DNA from: an archaeon
Lineage (GTDB): Archaea; Asgardarchaeota; Thorarchaeia; Thorarchaeales; Thorarchaeaceae
Direction of reading: 5' to 3'
Assembly: GCA_024275415.1 (NCBI GenBank)
Contig: JAJRZD010000017.1
Location: 75,058-107,057, forward strand
Length of the DNA: 32,000 nucleotides
Positions 27,528 through 32,000 of the stretch are shown here, piece after piece. Position 1 is the first letter of the stretch; each line of letters opens with the position of its first letter. The position numbers and the translations under genes were made by a program. Under the pieces are notes generated by a model, which saw only the letters and a program-made list of their open reading frames with translations, searched no databases and had not been told where the DNA came from.

Positions 27528-30500
27528 ATGCGTGTGAACCGTCGATCTGGTATCGTATTATGTGCCGTATTGATAACTGTGATGTTGTCGTTCCAGCTGG
27601 TCGCTGCTACTGCGTGGACTGCTGATGCTGCGAATGATGGCCCTGGGATCGTCATACTCCAGATGTCTGATGACCCTGACACTGATTGGGCTGTCCGTGA
27701 CCTGTTGAACAGGTTATCAGCCTTTATAGTGGACGACCTGTACTTCCCTGACCGTGTGCGAGTGGTCAAGACAAGCGACCCCTATGTGGCTACCCGACTG
27801 GAGGGGGAGATTGTCATCTATGCCTCCCACGGTGGTCCACTGGGGATCGTCACAGGGAAACGACTGACCCTCTGGGACACGATGGCCGACATCGTGATGG
27901 ACTCGCCTGCAGTCCTGCACCTGTTCATGGCGTGTTCAAGCAAGGACATCTTGCGCTACGGTGACGAGGAGTCAGGGAAGAAGCTGTACACGGTAACGGG
28001 GTCACGTCCTGCCGAGGTCACCAACGTGGAGATCACGGCAATGGTGATGCTTGCCCTTGGGTTGGACGCAGACTATGTGGAACAGTACCGGACAGAGGAA
28101 CTGACCCGTGCGAAGTACCTGATACAGAACGGGATCAGTGTGCATATCATGGACTTCCAGCAGGTGGTATTGGACGAGATCGAGTACATCGACAACACCT
28201 ACTCAGACTCGTACACCAGCACACACCGGGTGTACAGGTATTCCGTCGAAACCACTATCTCAGGGTTAGGTGGGTTCTCAGACCTGCCGCTTGACCTTCA
28301 AGACATTATCGTGCATTATTATCGCCTCTACGTCGACCAAGACGGTGTGCCGACTCTCAGGAATCTTGAGGACTTGCGGATAACCTATACGAAGAACTAC
28401 TACTACGAGGCGTGGTGGGTCGTCGATGAAAACCCGCCCCCAGCAGACGACCCAGACCCTACACCACCTCCGAAGGACGAACCGCTCGCAGCCCCTGACC
28501 CCGGAGACCCGACACTGTTCTCCTCGACCTACGTGACTACAGCCGCTGCAACAAGCGGTCATTGGGAGTACGGACCCGACCAGTTCTCTGGGGGGACCTA
28601 TTCTGGAGTGGTCATCTACTCTGGTGACGGAAGTGACTGGGTCCAGGTCGTGGTCAACGTGACCGCAAGCGGTCCCACACTTGCATCTGACGGCAAGACG
28701 AACGTCGAATCGATATCCCTGAACCAGTATGGCGCTCGTGGTGTGTCTGTGTCCAAGCAGAAAGTGGACGGGGCCTGGCAGGAACCAGTTGTGACCCGGA
28801 ACCCATCCCGTACCGGTGGAGCATGGTCTGACCCTGCGGTCAAAGTGGACTACGAATATGATTCAAGCTGGCCACTGATGCCCGGGTACTCAGCAAAGAC
28901 TACAGGCTCACTCCGGTCCAATGGCGAATACCTCTATGTCACCGGCATCCCGACCGGCACAGGATGGCACGGCCCCTCCTTCGTCCGTACCCTTCCGTCA
29001 TACTTCAAGCTCAAGGACCTGGGCTCTTTCAGCGCGAACATGTCATTATACCATGCAGGCGTCAAGAGCAGGATGACATCGACCTTCGTGAACCTGTATG
29101 ACTCGAACAGGAAACTAGTCGTTGCCTTGCAGATGGCAGATGCTTGGGCATCCTACACAAAATGTTACTTACGAGTGACCTTCTACAAGGAGGATGGCAC
29201 ATATGCAGCACTAAAGTCTGGTTATGTCTACACTGACCTGAATGGCATTGCGACCTTGCGGTACGACCCATTGGTCGGAGTCTTCGCAGATGTCCCCGGA
29301 AAGAGCGAAACCCTCCTGTATGCACGAAACCAGGTCAACGAGGACCGCTTGATCAAGTACGTAGCCATCCAGAGCTACCGGTACTCGAGCTACTCCGAGC
29401 ATGATGAACGCATCTATAACATCCGGTTGGACTACGCAGGCTCCGAGTACACGGTGTTCCACGACACCGCCAATGACATGGACGAGTTCGTGAAGTCCCC
29501 CGACTTCCCCTACGGCTCTCGTTCGGACGGGATCTCTTGGCGGTGCCCTCTGGTCAGAGCTACATGAAGTTCACCTCCATCGCCACAGGTTCCGGTTGGC
29601 ACGGTCCCATGTACGTCCACACCCTCGACAGGCCCTTCCGCCTGTACCAACTGGAGGAGTTCTCCGTCATTGGACAGCTTGTCCAGAGTTCGAACACCAA
29701 CGGCAAGACCTACGTGGGCCTCTTCGACGAGAACAAACGCCTCGCCCTGCTGGTCTTCTGGGGCGACTCCTGGGTGGGGAGCAAGAAGGGGTACTTCAAC
29801 GTCTACTACTACCCCCAGAGCGGCGGTTACTATACGCAAGGCTCAGGGTACCTCTACTACTCCTTCACCAAGACGGGGAAGTTGTGGTGGGGCCCGTACC
29901 ATGGCGGTGACGGTGCCGTCTTCGCAAGCATCGACGGGGCAGGGTCATCGCAACCCATCGGGGAGGTGGAGAACGCCTCCCGGGTCATCAAGTACGTGGG
30001 GGTCCTGGGCTACCGCATGGACAGCTACACCCTGGTGGACATGCGCCTCCACGACGTCAACGTGGTCGCCGATTTGAACGAGCAAAATCCAAACTCGTCC
30101 ACACCACCGCCAACGCGGGACCCGCCCGCTGGGGAAACCCAATCCTCAGTGGACTACGATGGCACAAGTTCTTCACCTAAGGCTTCCATGATAAATGCAG
30201 ATGTTGATCTTTCGGCTGCATCTTTAAGGATAGCCACATTTTGGACCGGCTGGTGGCCTCTTCTCCACTTTGTTGTAGACGTTTCTATTGCGCCCGATCA
30301 AGTACCCGCGGGACATCCGGCAAAGCCTGCTGAAGGAAAACTAATTCATATTAGCGTTGCGAAGAATCTCTTTGGTATAACAGAAGACCAGCAAATTGAA
30401 ATACTCGGCGATGGTTCTTTCGGTCAGCCCTCTGATGAAATCCTTAACCAGCAAGTCGATTTATTAAGCGGTATCATGCTTGGATCTTTGAACTTGGCTT

Positions 30501-30901
30501 TGATTGGACTTGAGATTGCCTCATCAACCGGCAATGCACCAGCTGTAGCTAGCTTTATTGCTTCGACGGTCATTCTCACGTTGAGCTTTTTCGGTCTGGT
30601 GGATTGGTTCCAACAGAAAATGCTCGATGAGGGCAAGTGGACTCACTATGAATGTTTCCACCAATGGTTGATGATAGGTCTCGGAATTATCATTAACATG
30701 CTGATGGTTGGGGCATTATCCATGTTCCTCAATTTCATTGATCCACTGACACCAGTAGCAACGATTGCATTGGAGTGGGCAAGCGAGATGGCTCCTATTA
30801 GGACAATAGCTGCGGGAGCAAAGTTGGCTTTCTTCTACCTATTGGCTATGGCAATAACTAGCTTTTTACGTGCTCTGCGACACCTAATAGAATCATTCTA
30901 G
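27528..30901 (+). pseudogene. ~1124-aa secreted multidomain protein (clan CD peptidase-like domain, two beta-rich repeats, hydrophobic tip) split by a 1-nt frameshift at ~29536
   Basis: Signal peptide RVNRRSGIVLCAVLITVMLSFQLVAATAWTADA and dyad YASHG...FMACSS. ORFs 27486-29567 and 29537-30901 overlap in different frames inside the second repeat. Restoring one base at ATC TC- TTG joins them. Confidence 0.75.
28900..30070 (+). repeat. two tandem ~200-aa beta-rich (lectin/ConA-like?) protein repeats
   Basis: Shared motifs TG[TS]GWHGP (28953 and 29585), TLxxxFxLxxL, TxVxLxDxNxxL, SGYxY, VFA and RxIKYVxxxxYRxxSY. The fold assignment is a guess. Confidence 0.8.
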
Positions 30902-30923
30902 AAACACCCGGAGATGGTAAATC

Positions 30924-31463
30924 ATGGATACCATGGACATGTTCATAATCTATCTAGTAGGCATCATTCTAGTGAGCATTCCCAACCTTCTATTTCAGAG
31001 GGAGATATTTCGCTGCACACTACGCAAGAAATGGGGGCTCTCTCTCGCACCTAGTTCCAAGTTCGATGAGTTGGCCGCCCACACAGTATGCGGCGACCAT
31101 AAATGCCTGAAGAGATCAGCCATGATTTCCATCCCTTTACTGCTTTGCTCCATTGGTCTTCTTTTTTGGCCGAATATTCTCCATACTCCCTCCTCGCGGT
31201 ATGCGATACCTCTGATTCTATCTATCCTAGTACTCAACATCTTCATGCCACTTGTACGACTCTGTGTTGAGCGATGGGCTGACCCCGTTGAAAAGGCAAT
31301 GGATTTCATTAGGAGGTATGAGCAACGGCCACAAGATGGGATTCACAACACCGAGCTACAGACTCTTTTGAGCCGATTAGACATGACCGGAGAGGTGTTT
31401 CGCACAGCCTACGCGAAATTGAATGAGGATCAGAACACTCTTGATTCCGAACCGATTGGTTAA
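30924..31463 (+). CDS. hypothetical membrane protein, candidate immunity/partner of the upstream tip
   Basis: 179 aa, three hydrophobic segments and a charged C-terminal tail. Starts 22 nt after the upstream stop and has similarly low GC. Confidence 0.65.
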   Translation: MDTMDMFIIYLVGIILVSIPNLLFQREIFRCTLRKKWGLSLAPSSKFDELAAHTVCGDHKCLKRSAMISIPLLLCSIGLLFWPNILHTPSSRYAIPLILSILVLNIFMPLVRLCVERWADPVEKAMDFIRRYEQRPQDGIHNTELQTLLSRLDMTGEVFRTAYAKLNEDQNTLDSEPIG

Positions 31464-31482
31464 GTGATAGTGCTCAGACTAG

Positions 31483-31770
31483 CAATACCGCGGTTACTGG
31501 ACAAACGAGGATGCATTTTGGTTCTTGTGGAACTACGGCTCAGCGTATTTCATTGCTGGGGCCGGTGCCATAACAGCAGCAATGCTATTGCCCAAGATTA
31601 TTGGATCATCCGCAGCTCTTGCAATTGAATTCCTCGATGCTGCCAAAACTAGATTCGGCCCATTAACATACCTGCCTTCGTTTAGCATTCTGGCTTCAGC
31701 AACTATTTTAGGGATTGGGCTTGTTTTGTGGCTTACTGCTACGAGCGATTATGGATGGTACTGGTGGTAA
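31483..31770 (+). pseudogene. 5'-truncated orphan C-terminal tip fragment, distantly similar to the end of 27528-30901
   Basis: The frame opens after TAG 31480-31482 with no good start codon. RGYWTNEDAFWFLWNYG...ALAIEF parallels EGKWTHYECFHQWLMIG...TIALEW. The ORF track calls 31525-31770. Confidence 0.45.
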
Positions 31771-31844
31771 CCATGGTGAATGAGGAAGCGATATGGTTCA
31801 TGAAGGGGATGAAAGATGACAGCAAGTGAGATGGCGATCGTATA

Positions 31845-31909
31845 TACCGTTTATTGTAAATTGTACAACACTCTGGTGACCAAGGTTGTACAACTAACAA
31901 TGAACGGTA
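31845..31909. repeat. 65-bp imperfect palindrome (25-bp arms, 15-bp spacer)
   Basis: Left arm TACCGTTTATTGTAAATTGTACAAC (31845-31869) matches the reverse complement of 31885-31909 (TACCGTTCATTGTTAGTTGTACAAC) at 22/25. Confidence 0.9.
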
Positions 31910-31915
31910 AGGCAC

Positions 31916-32000
31916 ATGCCTATCGTCAATACGATTGACAAGCTCGACCAGCAGGACCCGAACTCGTCGACACCACGCCCAACGCAGGATTCGCCGGATG
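31916..32000 (+). CDS. start of an ORF (runs off the window) beginning with a second copy of the P/S/T linker, probable orphan cassette
   Basis: MPIVNTIDKLDQQDPNSSTPRPTQDSPD versus LNEQNPNSSTPPPTRDPP at 30074-30127: 12/18 aa and 39/54 nt identical. Confidence 0.6.
   Translation, partial: MPIVNTIDKLDQQDPNSSTPRPTQDSPD

Noticed and set aside
31845-31909. Integron attC site or Xer dif site
   Set aside because: attC needs RYYYAAC and GTTRRRY at the outer ends, whereas here AAC/GTT face the spacer. dif has 11-bp arms with a 6-bp spacer. No integrase is present in the window.
31845-32000. CRISPR repeat or leader
   Set aside because: Only an inverted pair is present, with no direct repeats at regular spacing and no cas genes.
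1-32000. tRNA, rRNA, transposase or integrase genes
   Set aside because: I saw no T-loop/cloverleaf, rRNA-like tract, or DDE/tyrosine-recombinase motif. Nearly all sequence is explained by CDSs. A tRNAscan/Infernal run would be the definitive check.

Overview
Archaeal chromosomal window of roughly 50% GC. Short-form XPF, FEN1 with a C-terminal PIP box, a Hel308-type helicase, RadB-like paralogs and GGAGG(TG) Shine-Dalgarno motifs make it archaeal. An Asgard (Thorarchaeia-like) origin is my inference from gene style and is not verified. There are four blocks. (1) 1-12762 (+): a tightly overlapping operon of about 14 ORFs. It mixes DNA-repair enzymes (XPD/Rad3, a Hel308/Ski2-like helicase with a SWIM zinc finger and an in-frame TAA, two RecA/RadB paralogs, FEN1, XPF) with five membrane proteins, one a membrane-anchored HerA/VirB4-like protein with a degenerate P-loop. 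(2) 12787-23570: an Lrp/AsnC-like protein (-), then a pseudo-metalloprotease-like membrane protein coupled to a 2606-aa surface protein (prenyltransferase-repeat barrel, Ig-like stalk, TM anchor), then a small HEAT-like protein. (3) 23604-26718 (-): a polyprenol/phytol-kinase-family gene, TyrA and a chorismate mutase-aminotransferase fusion. (4) 27528-32000 (+): the most unusual part, resembling a polymorphic-toxin or variable-tip cassette locus. It holds a ~1124-aa secreted protein (1-nt frameshift) with a caspase-fold His/Cys domain, two beta-rich repeats, a P/S/T linker and a low-GC hydrophobic tip. Then come a candidate immunity membrane protein, a truncated alternative tip, a 65-bp palindrome and a new ORF starting with a second copy of the linker. 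I saw no rRNA, tRNA, CRISPR array or transposase. All family calls are from motif recognition by eye; no database searches were run.
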